This document shows positions 9,001 through 20,800 of a DNA stretch of 44,038 bases, one piece after another. The stretch is from Nemertoderma westbladi (Eukaryota > Animalia > Xenacoelomorpha). Positions within the stretch are counted from its first letter, which is position 1. Each line of letters begins with the position of its first letter. The DNA lies in contig JAUCBJ010001487.1 of assembly GCA_032718475.1 (NCBI GenBank), positions 1 to 44,038 of the forward strand, in the 5' to 3' direction. The position numbers and the translations under genes are program-made. The notes beneath the pieces were generated by a model that saw nothing but the letters and a program-made list of their open reading frames with translations, was not told the DNA's origin and made no database searches.

Positions 9001-11053
9001 AACCTTCTGGAATAGATTTGTGGATGGAATCTAAATTTAGAATCCCCAATAAACCGTAACCATCCTCCTCCAGTTCAAGAACGGCTCCCGTAGAACATAA
9101 ACCGTATTCCGCTAACCCATCTGAAGGTTCAAATAAACATTGTCGAGACGGGAGTTCTTTAAACTGTCCTTCAACCTGTACCTTTACAAAACTCGCTGTC
9201 CGAGGAGGAATTTGTTTTCCAACTAACAGTGCACACAACCCGCTGTTGTTATTCCGTGTATCTGTAACGCCCCGATCATCCGCTCCGATCTTTTCCCTCC
9301 AAGAATCTACAACCTTGGAAATCGAATCCATGGCAAAATCCGAATGGTTTATTTCTAATCGTTCCGTCCCGAAAATCGTGCGTTCCGCAGTCCTCAAAGA
9401 AACCCCTAACTTTGGTAAGGCATCCGTTCCAACTACAAAATCATGATCAAAATCTCGAACAACCCACAAAGTGATTGTTTCCGTAAAACCATCTAAAGTT
9501 ACAGGGGCTTTAAATCTGGCGCATACATCTAGTTGGGCTCCAGTAGCTGAGCTTAAACGTAATAAATCCGAACTAGTATCCACAAGATGTCGTTGTGTAC
9601 CCAATTCTTTAAGAATACATTGAGCTGTTGATACAGAAACAAATGTTGCTTGGCAACCAGAGTCCAATAAAACCGTATATTCTAAGGAACCGACCTTTAC
9701 CGTGGATGTACATCGCATTCCCAGTTTAGTTTCTCCACTACTAACAATATTTGCCTCACCGAACAATAAGTTTACTACTGAGTTATCCACCAAATAGCTG
9801 TCAGGATTTCTGACAGAAGCTGCTTTTCCTTCATTTCTAGAAGGAAAGGGTTTCGAAACCGGATGTGCTGAATTTGTTTGTGTTTGATTGAAGTTACGAG
9901 GAGTTTGGAAAGATTTTGCAGGACCGTATCTTCTATCACGCGGACACTGCTCCTTCCAATGGAATTCGTTATGGAACCCAAGACTATCGCAGAATTTACA
10001 CTTCGGTAATGGACGCGAATGAGGATTGAACGATGCAGAAGGTTGAAACGCAGGTGAATTTGAATTCGGTGTAAAACCATCTCTGTGTGGTTTATTCTCA
10101 GAATATTGATATCCGCTATTATTACTTCCATAAGGCGTCCGTTTAAAATTCTGTTGAAAATCCCGTGGACGACTACTAAACTGTTGAGAATTAAAACGCC
10201 GCGCTGATGCGTAATCATCAGCTGACACCGCTAACTGACTTAGAGATTTTAGTTTTCTATCTCGCAACCAAACTTGCAGATCATTAGGTACGCAATGGGA
10301 AAACTGTTCCATTAAAATTAATTCTTCTAATGGAATCGTTTCTTCATCTTCACCCGTAACCTGCTCATACACCCACCGCCTATAGGATTCCCGCATTCTC
10401 TCCGCAAACTCACTAAAGGATTCATTATCTCTTTTTCTGTCTCCCCGAAACCGCAACCTCAAGTTCTCCGTATTTATGTCATATCGCGACCGAATTATCT
10501 CTTTCACCCTATCATAATCAGCAGCATCCTCATTAGAAAGGGTGGAAAAAGCTGCTAATGCTTTACCGGTTAGCCGACCAGCAAGCTGGGTGGACCAGAC
10601 TGATCTGTCCCACCCTTGTAATGTGGCTGTCCGTTCAAAAACCGTAAGAAAGTGTTCAATGTCATCATTGACCGTTAAAGCCCGTAACATTGGCTTTGGG
10701 GGTTTAACTGTCGGGGTATCATTTTCCCGGAATGGTTCCCTTCCCCCAGCCCCGCCAACACCGAATGTGGTTCCCTGCGCCAATTGCTCGACCACCCCTT
10801 GCATATTTCTTTGCTGTTGAATAAGTACTGAGAATATTTCTTGTTGCTGTTGTAGTATGTTTAGCATTGGATCTACACCTCCAGATGCCGCCTCTGTGGG
10901 TAGTGAAATACCAAATGCCTTAAGTAACTTAGGTGGCAACCCTATTAAAAAGTTTACAACATCTTCCTTTCTCTTCCCAGCAGAATCAAAATCAAATTGG
11001 CGACCAATCTCCCGCAGCCGATCAAAAGTAAATCCCTGTAATATCTCTTCCAT
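6038..11053 (-). CDS. Ty3/Gypsy LTR-retrotransposon gag-pol polyprotein (1671 aa, uninterrupted)
   Basis: Order is gag (SCAN-like capsid, Cys/His knuckle), protease LLDSG, RT (RFCVDYRKLN, FIDD), RNase H (LETDAS, YTDH, NADALSR), integrase (HHCC, VAVD/SDRG/MIERFNRT) and a GPY/F motif. PR-RT-RH-IN order indicates Gypsy. Confidence 0.97.
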   Translation of the reverse strand: MEEILQGFTFDRLREIGRQFDFDSAGKRKEDVVNFLIGLPPKLLKAFGISLPTEAASGGVDPMLNILQQQQEIFSVLIQQQRNMQGVVEQLAQGTTFGVGGAGGREPFRENDTPTVKPPKPMLRALTVNDDIEHFLTVFERTATLQGWDRSVWSTQLAGRLTGKALAAFSTLSNEDAADYDRVKEIIRSRYDINTENLRLRFRGDRKRDNESFSEFAERMRESYRRWVYEQVTGEDEETIPLEELILMEQFSHCVPNDLQVWLRDRKLKSLSQLAVSADDYASARRFNSQQFSSRPRDFQQNFKRTPYGSNNSGYQYSENKPHRDGFTPNSNSPAFQPSASFNPHSRPLPKCKFCDSLGFHNEFHWKEQCPRDRRYGPAKSFQTPRNFNQTQTNSAHPVSKPFPSRNEGKAASVRNPDSYLVDNSVVNLLFGEANIVSSGETKLGMRCTSTVKVGSLEYTVLLDSGCQATFVSVSTAQCILKELGTQRHLVDTSSDLLRLSSATGAQLDVCARFKAPVTLDGFTETITLWVVRDFDHDFVVGTDALPKLGVSLRTAERTIFGTERLEINHSDFAMDSISKVVDSWREKIGADDRGVTDTRNNNSGLCALLVGKQIPPRTASFVKVQVEGQFKELPSRQCLFEPSDGLAEYGLCSTGAVLELEEDGYGLLGILNLDSIHKSIPEGLTIGKCTNLIADNGTINLTEITDTDVTDTNVLDSVADGLSAVITNVKEREKVLESSIDLSETDLTEEQKSEVLNLLKEYHDVFQLSDDEFGRADLPEHCINTGTTAPIKQGLRRTPHELKAVVAKEIKKMLDLGVIQPSQSPWSSPIVLAAKPDGSVRFCVDYRKLNSYTVKDNYPLPHIEDILEHLRSSKYFTSLDLAMGYWQIPLSYDDIPKTAFTCSSGFYEFIVLAFGLCNAPASFQRAMEKMLRGISVVGKNPYNVFIDDILINSDDFISHLNHVKLILEQLLTKKVKLKVRKCTFFKSQTNYLGHIISRNGISPDPKKTDKVLNYPEPHNLKTLRGFLGLTNYYRRFIEGYGSIAKPLYELLRKNTVFVWTNSTRLAYWELKNRLVSTPVLEYPDFDKPFILETDASEIGFGAILSQICDRDGMLHPIAYASKHIDNAQRRYSAPHLELWGLNWACNHFRTYLYGRISSNVVYTDHASIKGLLRGRTELTGPLARWVFNINEYINPDHVFHRPGKANGNADALSRIPVATSNQNGICASSNICESFEKLREETELLKELQYTDSDLRALIDFHVSKIVPSDKKMRDFVKTNSDNTTLIDGVLYKVEDNVDFRQPRLAVPKEWRFKIWNEIHGGKFAGHLSDHRNWSVLRLQYWWPRMRVDIFHWCHSCLQCATRNPGRGQKPLLQPLPVGGPFERVAVDVLTLPLTELGNKKCILFGDYLTKWIEAYAVPDEKAETVANCFIDFIGRHGVPRELLSDRGTNFLSDLFLSVCDLCGIRKINTSAFHPQTDGMIERFNRTLLDMLAKTADRHNNDWDRVLPCVLFAYRTSQHSSTNESPFFLLYGRDARLPTETALNRPRTVYQVDLDDYRTELSDHLSTAWDIARRNINKAQVQYKEQFDKKRKSVTYRVGDRVFLHRPDLVKGKYHKLTRPFHGPYRILKIVANNAEIRLVDKPHEKILFVNIDRLRNCKSEVPSQSYTGK

Positions 11054-11697
11054 ACCGTCAGACCGTTGTACAATTATTTCCGTATTTTTCCTTAGGCTTT
11101 AGGCCTACCGAATTTCAGAATTAGGCAACTCTAAACTGTCAGTCTGCCAATACAGCAATACAACAATGAATAAATTACCGGTAGGTACCGTACTCACAAT
11201 TCCGTAATTGATATCCGTTCCCAGTTCCGTAAAACTGACACTTCTTTCTTATTTAGTTTCAATGAGACTGCCCAGTGTCGCCTTACAGTGTCTCAATCTA
11301 TCTGTATCTGGTGATCTATCAGAGTTGGGTGTCGGCGCAGTGAGGGTAGGCTATGGATATTCTTCAGTTATTTATAAAGATTATTGTAATGTAACAGTAG
11401 TAATAGCGACAATACCGGGATGCAATTAGTTCAATATAATTGCTCCGGTTGGATTTGGGTGTGTTTAGTAATTATTATTCTTGAGTAAGTTGGATATTAT
11501 TCCAGTGAGAGATTTATTCATGTCCCACAGTTTTATAGTTCTTATGAACTAAAATAATTAGTTGTTCCATAATTAATGTTGAATTCAGTAGTAGTTTGTT
11601 TTTGTTCGATGTATGAATTTAAAAAGCCCACCGTTAATTAATAGCATCTTGTCATCATTATTGATAGCGTTTTAATTATGTTTTTATTTTTCTACAG

Positions 11698-11856
11698 GTT
11701 GTCCGTTTTGGTGTCTTCTGGATATTGTTCCGATAAAGAATGAGAAGGGAGATGTCGTTCTATTTCTTGCTTCTTATAAGGATATTAGCCATAGCAACAG
11801 TGTTGACCTTAGCAGCGGCAATAGCGATACCAATAACACGCTCGGTACCCCCACTG
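11698..11856 (+). CDS. KCNH8: Elk channel exon 1 (window): PAC part of the PAS/eag domain
   Basis: ttttctacag|GT TGT CCG TTT TGG... translates to [30 protein letters not shown]; donor G|gtgagt. Not in the ORF track. Confidence 0.93.
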
Positions 11857-14800
11857 GTGAGTTGCTATTCACTAACATAAATTATCAATCAACTGGGACT
11901 GTGTACGCGCCTACGAGGTATTAAATGATAAAACAGTTATTCAATCTTATGAATTTATTTCATTTCAAATCCATTTTATTATAGGAATTGTTAATTAATT
12001 ATGTTTTTGATACTTTTTGAAAGAATCAGATTTTGTTTATTTGACATACCGACGCCAGCTGTTCTACCATTGCCTAACAACTGCACGTGGATAAAAGTTA
12101 CACATACTCTCCCTGTAGACATTAATCCAATCCGTATCGAAATAACGCCTAACCAAACCAAATATCGTAAAACATTTCACAATCATTTCATAATTCCACA
12201 AACTCTCGGCGTGTCGTGTGCCAAAATTTACCGAAGACGGGTTGCCATTCTGTAGTATTCTACGTTTATGGTACAACAGTCTTACATGATCTGATGATGT
12301 CTGCGACAAGTGATGTGGAACCTATAGTGTTCGTCATGTATTACAATAATATACGTAAATTATTAAATAATAGTAATTAATAATTTAATATAAAGTGTCG
12401 AAACGTCTTTTGTTTGTAATCTTCGATCGCCCTTTACGTTAGGGATTTATTAGGACCGATATTGTATTTAAAAACAAAATGTATCGCCATTTCAAAAATT
12501 ACGCAAATTTAATGTCCAGGCCGGTACCGCGTTGTCCAAACTGGCAATAAATATTCGGCACCAAGTAAATGAAAGAAGTGACTTCGTGAACTCAGGACTA
12601 ATTTCCGATGGTGTCATTCGTACGTGTTTAATTTGTGGGCTCCTGCTCCAGCCGTCCCTTATATCCCCGCCTGGGGCGTTGTAGGCTACGGAATTCATTA
12701 AATTGTAAAGTAGGTTTTACGAGAATGTTAGGATCAAGCACAGCGGGAAACCGTATCAGGTTACAAATTATTCGCCGAGCAATCTCCCGGTGCTAATATT
12801 TGCGGTGTATTGTTTCAACATAACTGATGATTTTACTAACTGTAAAGTGTCAACTTTTGTAAATTAGGAAGATCTTTGATTTACGATCTTATCCAATCGG
12901 GTGATACGGGGTGATACGCATACCTCAAAGGTGGCGTTGACGTAAATGTGATTGTTTTTTTTTTTCGATTATAATGAAAAATTTAGATTATTTATTTAAA
13001 TACGCTACCTTATATTTTTGTTCCTACTAACTACTTTATCACCCTCGTTTCATGTTTGGTCAATATTAATATCTTACAATAAATATTCACATTATGATTC
13101 GAGAAATTTCGTTTATTTCCGATGCGATAATTACTCTCCGCCGATTGCGACAACTTTATATGGTGACACGTCATGAAAGTATTCCTTGCACAACGAAGCT
13201 ATAAGTTATACATCCTCCAAAAAAGTAATGAAAAGTATATACGTAATTTCATGAATGAATAATGAATATATATACCTTTTGCTTTCCTGAAATGATTAAA
13301 TTCGAGAGGCAATGAGAAAGGTTACTGCTGATAAAGTTGTTACTCTACTCACTCAGTTCTCCTTAAATGTGATTTTTACTCCGTATCGCAGGCAGACTTT
13401 AACACTGCTGACCACCATCCATTATAGATATAGTAGCTGATCGAACGCCAATTGTGTAACAGTTGGAGCATCACCTACGGCAACTCCAATTGTTATCCCA
13501 TCACATCATTATACTTTTTTACCAGTTCCACTCCCTGTAAAGTGTAAACTGATGCGTTGCAGTTTACAGGACAGGTGTTCAGTATGGAGTACGTCTGTGG
13601 TGTGTTTAACTCTTCTGCTTCACAAAGAGGAAACATTCCTAAAATATCGATTCTGTAGAGTTTGTCCGAGCTCGTTCGACCTAGTAGAATTCGACAGCTA
13701 ACCTACTGTGTGTCACCTCTCACCTGTATGTTTGCAATGGGGAAATGATTACAATATTTACAAGACTAAAGACACCGTATCTTAGTATAGATCAGAGAGA
13801 ACGCAATGAAATAAAAGCTCGAAGCGCTAGGGGCGCGGGGCGCTGGGCGTGGGAACGGGGCGGGGGCGCGGGACGCTGGGTCCGGGGCGGGGGCGCAGGA
13901 CGCGGTGCCCGGGGCGGGGGCGCGGGGCTAGTTGCCCGGGGCGCGGGGCACGTGGCGGGACGCTGGGCGCGGGAGCGGGGCGCGGGACGCTGGGCGCGGG
14001 GCGGGGGCGCAGGACGCGGTGCCCGGGGCGGGGGCGCGGGACGCTGGGTCCGGGGCGGGGGCGCGGGGCTAGTTGCCCGGGGCGCGGGGCACGTGGCGGG
14101 ACGCTGGGCGCGGGAGCGGGGCGCGGGACGCTGGGCGCGGGGCGGGGGCGCAGGACGCGGTGCCCGGGGCGGGGGCGCGGGACGCTGGGTCCGGGGCGGG
14201 GGCGCGGGGCTAGTTGCCCGGGGCGCGGGGCACGTGGCGGGACGCTGGGCGCGGGAGCGGGGCGCGGGACGCTGGGCGCGGGGCGGGGGCGCAGGACGCG
14301 GTGCCCGGGGCGGGGGCGCGGGACGCTGGGTCCGGGGCGGGGGCGCAGGACACGCTACAGCCAATCCTGCGTTTTATAGAACTGTTGTCAATTGATTAAA
14401 TTTGTTACTTTGTTGTTATTGATCTGTCATAGATTCTTTATGAGGTTATGACATTTTATCAGATTTACTTTTTATGCTATCAAATATCTAATTGACTATA
14501 TAAGAATAAATTTTCTTAATAATTTCCTTGTCGGTTTCCGCCCATGGATGGACTTTTACACTGCTTTTGGTGGCTTGACATGGAGAAAGACCTTATACTA
14601 TACTTATCCTTTTACTTAATCATACGCTTAAAAACCAACTGAATGCCGTTATACTTGTAATATAAAGTGGATGAATTCGCCATAGTTCCGACTGAAGCGA
14701 TGTTAGTTCTAATTCGAAATGTAAACGCTATTCTATTAGTGGTAATTGAAAATCCGGCAGATAACTGCCATTTTTTCGCTGAATCTTTCATTAAAGTATA

Positions 14801-17800
14801 ATTAAACTTATAATGTAAAAAATGACAGGAACCCACATCTTATGGCGCACCATTGTGTAGAACTAAATTACATCAGAACTAACGACGGAATATCCAAAAA
14901 ACGGCCTTCAGTTTATGAGAGTTATTATTGTCCACGTCAAGGTTGTCGCTCTCTGGTAATACTTATTGCATTGATTAGCATGGACTTCTACTCTACCTAC
15001 CGAAGCGTCCTTAGCCACTTCCTTCCAGACATCCCCTTCAGACAATACGATACCGTAAGAGAAAACACTCAATATTCTATTACTCGACCCATTATCAAAG
15101 TGCTTGTTATATGATATTGATTATGATTCGTATCCGAACTAGGACATTGGATGTAGTTCAGCTATGGCAGCCCACTTACGAGTCCTCCAAGAAGGATTTG
15201 ATCAATTTGTCTAGCCGATTAAGTAGTAGTATGATGTTGTACGTGGGTGCGGGTGGGTTATCTGCGGAATATGTTATTTTCAGATAGCAGGGGGAGAACT
15301 GGACGCAATAAAAATTCATCCCTCTCCAGGGGAAATTCGACACAAATAACAGCTGATTACTCTCAAAAATAAAACTGTAACCTGTTCTATTGTGTTTAGT
15401 ATATTGTTTTGGTTAAAATACCGTGCTACTGTAACCTGCTCCTTTCCCTAAATTGAGAATTTAACATTGAGGCGGGATATTAATTCGCCAAGATGGGATT
15501 TGCGTCCAATTCCCCCCCCCCCCTCCCCTCCCGTCTCGTTACTTTACAACACGCTGTGGGTAGCTGTGAAGATGCTGTCGGCCCAAATAGGGGGTACGAT
15601 TCAAAGCAAACTAGTTCAATCTTCATTATTAATTAATGATTTTTATAATAATTTATTAATTATTTAATGAACATTAGTTATATTTAATGAACACCAGCAC
15701 TATTAATGCAACCTACTACTGTACTAATGCACAATGCAATAATATATTTGCAATTGCTTCCTTGCTTTATATTAATTACATAATAACATTTATTTATTGA
15801 TTTGGCATTGTTTATTAAAATCTATATAAAGAATAAAAATATACACAACTTATTATTTTGCTAATAAAACGTTTTTTACAATAATGATAATATTTCCAGA
15901 AGAACTGGAATTCGACGAGGAGGAATCCGCTATACGAGCCCGTTACCTCCAGACTTCGCGGATAAATTACAACTCGGATTCGGTTCTGGGACAGCCCGGT
16001 GAGGGGCGCAGGCGTTCCAGAGCCGTTCTATACCAACTCAGCGGTCATTTACAGAACAAAAGTGTCGGGAGAAAAGGCCGATTTGGAAAAATGGGAAATG
16101 TAAGAGGATGAATATTACATACAAAATACAAATTATTATAAATAAACAACATAAATAATAATAATTCTAGATAAAAAAAGTTAAAACTATAGTTTTTTTT
16201 TTCAAAATTCGACACAAATATCTGTAATTTATAAACTCCAAGATGGCACAAACCATGAGTATGATATTTTATCATCGTCATCTTACTAAAGAAATAAACA
16301 AATACCAGTGAGGTGAAGACATTTCTTTATAATCATTAGAGTAGAATGATTTGTAGCTATAACTCCACACTAATAAATATAAATATAAAAGCAGAAATTA
16401 TTAAAACCTAAATGTATATAACAATATAATATAATTGCAAATCCTAATTATACATTATTAATTTATCCTTTAATTTAGAATATACTAACGGATAAACCCC
16501 GGGTTCTTCCCAAATACACCGTTGCCGCCCAAAAGAAACCCCGATTCATTCTCCTTCACTACTCGGTATTCAAATCGATGTGGGATTGGTTGATTCTCAT
16601 AGCGACTTTCTACGTAGCGATAATTGTACCTTACAACGCCGCCTTCCACATATCGGGTTGTCCTGATAAAAAATCCTCCGCCAACGATAAACCTACGAGG
16701 TACACAGATTGCATGGTCGAGGTCTTGTTTATGGTTGGTAAGTTGAATTTGTAGTCTGTATTAGACCACAAGGGACAATAACGGGCTAATCCCATTTCTT
16801 TATTTCAGTTAATGATGCAGTGGCAAATGCATTGATATTGCATGGAATTTAATAATATTTCAACATCCACCCCCATGCGGGGTAAAAGAGGTATCGATAA
16901 ATTAAGATTACTAGTAATATCTAAATAAATTATACGGACGTTAATAGTTAAAGTTGTAACATATTCAGCTGGTTGCGAGGACGGCAGGAGATGGACAGAC
17001 TAGGCACGTTATAGCTGGTCGCAGGGGGCACAGGATTGGTCACAGAATGTGCACGTACATTCCGGTGCGAGAGAGTGGATGAAAGTCCTGTTTCCACACA
17101 ACGTATGACCGTGTGCAGTGAGCCGGTGTCTCAGCCTGGGCGGCTCCCAAGTTGCAACTGTTGCTCAATTGCGACTATTGCTGAATCGCGACTGTTGCTG
17201 AATCGCAACTGTTGCTGAATCGCGACTATTGCTGAATCGCGACTGTTGCTGAATCGCGACTATTGCTGAATCGCGACTATTGCTGAATCGCGACTGTTGC
17301 TGAATCGCGACTATTGCTGAATCGCGACTGTTGCTGAATCGCAACTGTTGCTGAATCGCGACTATTGCTGAATCGCGACTGTTGCTGAATCGCGACTATT
17401 GCTGAATCGCGACTATTGCTGAATCGCGACTGTTGCTGAATCGCGACTATTGCTGAATCGCGACTATTGCTGAATCGCGACTGTTGCTGAATCGCGACTA
17501 TTGCTGAATCGCGACTGTTGCTGAATCGCGACTATTGCTGAATCGCGACTATTGCTGAATCGCGACTGTTGCTGAATCGCGACTATTGCTGAATCGCGAC
17601 TGTTGCTGAATCGCGACTATTGCTGAATCGCGACTATTGCTGAATCGCGACTGTTGCTGAATCGCGACTATTGCTGAATCGCGACTATTGCTGAATCGCG
17701 ACTATTGCTGAATCGCGACTGTTGCTGAATCGCGACTATTGCTGAATCGCGACTGTTGCTGAATCGCGACTGTTGCTGAATCGCGACTATTGCTGAATCG

Positions 17801-20800
17801 CGACTGTTGCTGAATCGCGACTATTGCTGAATCGCGACTATTGCTGAATCGCGACTATTGCTGAATCGCGACTGTTGCTGAATCGCGACTATTGCTGAAT
17901 CGCGACTGTTGCTGAATCGCGACTGTTGCTGAATCGCGACTATTGCTGAATCGCGACTGTTGCTGAATCGCGACTATTGCTGAATCGCGACTGTTGCTGA
18001 ATCGCAACTGTTGCTGAATCGCGACTATTGCTGAATCGCGACTGTTGCTGAATCGCGACTATTGCTGAATCGCGACTATTGCTGAATCGCGACTGTTGCT
18101 GAATCGCGACTATTGCTGAATCGCGACTATTGCTGAATCGCGACTGTTGCTGAATCGCGACTATTGCTGAATCGCGACTGTTGCTGAATCGCGACTGTTG
18201 CTGAATCGCGACTATTGCTGAATCGCGACTGTTGCTGAATCGCGACTATTGCTGAATCGCGACTGTTGCTGAATCGCGACTGTTGCTGAATCGCGACTAT
18301 TGCTGAATCGCGACTATTGCTGAATCGCGACTGTTGCTGAATCGCGACTGTTGCTGAATCGCGACTATTGCTGAATCGCGACTGTTGCTGAATCGCGACT
18401 GTTGCTGAATCGCGACTGTTGCTGAATCGCGACTATTGCTGAATCGCGACTGTTGCTGAATCGCGACTGTTGCTGAATCTCGACTGTTGCTGAATCGCGA
18501 CTGTTGCTGAATCGCGACTGTTGCTGAATCGCGACTGTTGCTGAATCGTGGCTGTTGCTGAATCGTGACTGTTGCTGAATCGCGACTATTGCTGAATCGC
18601 GACTGTTGCTGAATCGTGGCTGTTGCTGAATCGCGACTGTTGCTGAATCGCGACTGTTGCTGAATCGCGACTATTGATGAATCGCGACTGTTACTGAATC
18701 GCGACTGCTGCAGAGGTGACACGACTTTTGCGTAATAGCAGTGACACCAGCTACATATATTTTTCATCTCTCATTAGTAATGAAACAACCACTACCTAAA
18801 TACTACTAAATATTTGTTTTCCAGGAATTTAATTACACGAAATTAATTGGATAACGGTTACTGTTGTGTAAATATTTATTGTTTACAATTTTGATGGTGA
18901 TAGCGATGGGCCATCGAATTGGATGCGGTGCGTTGTGGTGGATATTTATTGATGCCGTTATTTCATTTCCACTGAGTTTTAATTGGGATGTCATTTATTT
19001 GCTGAACAAGATAGCTTCTCCGACTCCGAGGCGTTCAGTTAATCTCCATGTTTTCTCTAAATTAATTTTTTATCCTTACGGATTAGTAGCTAATAGGTAG
19101 GGTGTGATGTTCTCTGCGGCAACATCTCATTATAGAATGGGACTTGACTTCGCGTAGTCAAATGCATCTCAGGTAAAGAAGACGTTGAGGTACTACAGGA
19201 TGTCAACATTACGTTCTATAGTGGGCAGCGTGTATAGTGTCTCAGTTAGGTGACTAATATTTCAGGGTATTATCACTCTTGCTTGAGATTATTTTGTATC
19301 AGCCGAATTACCAACATGAATTCCAATCAAGATAATTTGTTACCATATGGAAAATTAACACGAATAAATCATCCAGGTAAATTGAATATTAATTGAGACT
19401 TTAGTTTCACCCCCATTAATTATTTTATTATACTTGCCTATTAAAATAAGGTATCAATATCTAACATTTCCCTTTTCCTAAAAATTACACAAATTAATTT
19501 AATTATAGTCCTAAAATATTAAATAGTTATATCCTGTTTTGTTGGCGGGTGCGGGAGACAGGACCTCATAGAGGCCGTCGGAGAGGGCGGGGTCCATGGT
19601 ACCCATGATGGAGGCCGTCTGAGAGGGAGGGGTCCATGGTACCCAGGATGGAGGCCATGGGGGAGGGCGGGGTCCCTGGTATCCAGGATGGAGGCCGTCG
19701 GAGAGAGCGGGGTCCATGGTACCCAGGATGGAGGCCGTCGGAGAGGGCGGGGTCCATGGTACCCAGGATGGAGGACGCATTAGAGGGAGGGGTCCATGGT
19801 ACCCAGGATGGAGGCCGCCGGAGAGGTCGGGGTCCATGGTACCCAGGATGGAGGCCGTCAGAGAGAGGGAGGGGTCCATGGTACCCAGGACGGAGGCCGT
19901 CGGAGAGGGAGGGGTCCATGGTACCCAGGACGGAGGCCGTCGGAGAGAGCGGGGTCCATGGTACCCAGGACGGAGGCCGTCGGAGAGGGCGGGGTCCATG
20001 GTACCCATGATGGAGGCCGTCTGAGAGGGAGGGGTCCATGGTACCCAGGATGGAGGAGAGGGCGGGGTCCATGGTACCCAGGATGGAGGTCGTCGGAGAG
20101 GGAGGGGTCCATGGTACCCAGGATGGAGGCCATGGGGGAGGGCGGGGTCCTTGGTATCCAGGATGGAGGCTGTCGGAGAGAGCGGGGTCCATGGTACCCA
20201 GGACGGAGGCCGTCGGAGAGGGCGGGGTCCATGGTACCCAGGATGGAGGCCGTCTGAGAGGGAGGGGTCCATGGCACCCAGGATGGAGGCCATGGGGGAG
20301 GGCGGGGTCCCTGGTATCCAGGATGGAGGCTGTCGGAGAGAGCGGGTTCCATGGTACCCAGGACGGAGGCCGTCGGAGAGGGCGGGGTCCATGGTACCCA
20401 GGATGGAGGCCGTCAGAGAGGGAGGGGTCCATGGTACCCAGGGTGGAGGCCGTCAGAGAGGGAGGGGTCCATGGTACCCAGGATGGAGGACGCATTAGAG
20501 GGAGGGGTCCATGGTACCCAGGATGGAGGTCGTCGGAGAGGGCGGGGTCCATGGTACCCAGGATGGAGGCCGCCGGAGAGGTCGGGGTCCATGGTACCCA
20601 GGATGGAGGTCGTCGGAGAGGGCGGGGTCCATGGTACCCAGGATGGAGGATGCATTAGAGGGAGGGGCCCATGGTACCCAGGATGGAGGTCGTCGGAGAG
20701 GGCGGGGTCCATGGTACCCAGGATGGAGGCCGCCGGAGAGGGCGGGGTCCATGGTACCCAGGATGGAGGCCGCCGGAGAGGGCGGGGTCCATGGTACCCA

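Larger units (their letters stand above)
5560..11200 (-). mobile_element. Gypsy retrotransposon body, antisense within the channel intron; boundaries unresolved
   Basis: gag-pol ORF plus a candidate PPT/LTR start at 5799-5809. No LTR pair or PBS found in the window, so both end coordinates are approximate. Confidence 0.75.

Noticed and set aside
11200-11640. 5' LTR and primer-binding site of the Gypsy element
   Set aside because: No tRNA-complementary TGG tract recognised and only short chance-level matches to the region left of 5799.
11890-12320. Possible Crypton-like remnant
   Set aside because: Only a vague resemblance; no convincing termini or protein motif.
13745-14399. Gly/Arg-rich and Pro-rich ORFs
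   Set aside because: Translations of a GC-rich minisatellite with no independent coding evidence.
18297-18767. 156-aa [12 protein letters not shown] repeat ORF
   Set aside because: Product of the 17-bp array where the stop-bearing variant happens to be absent in that frame.
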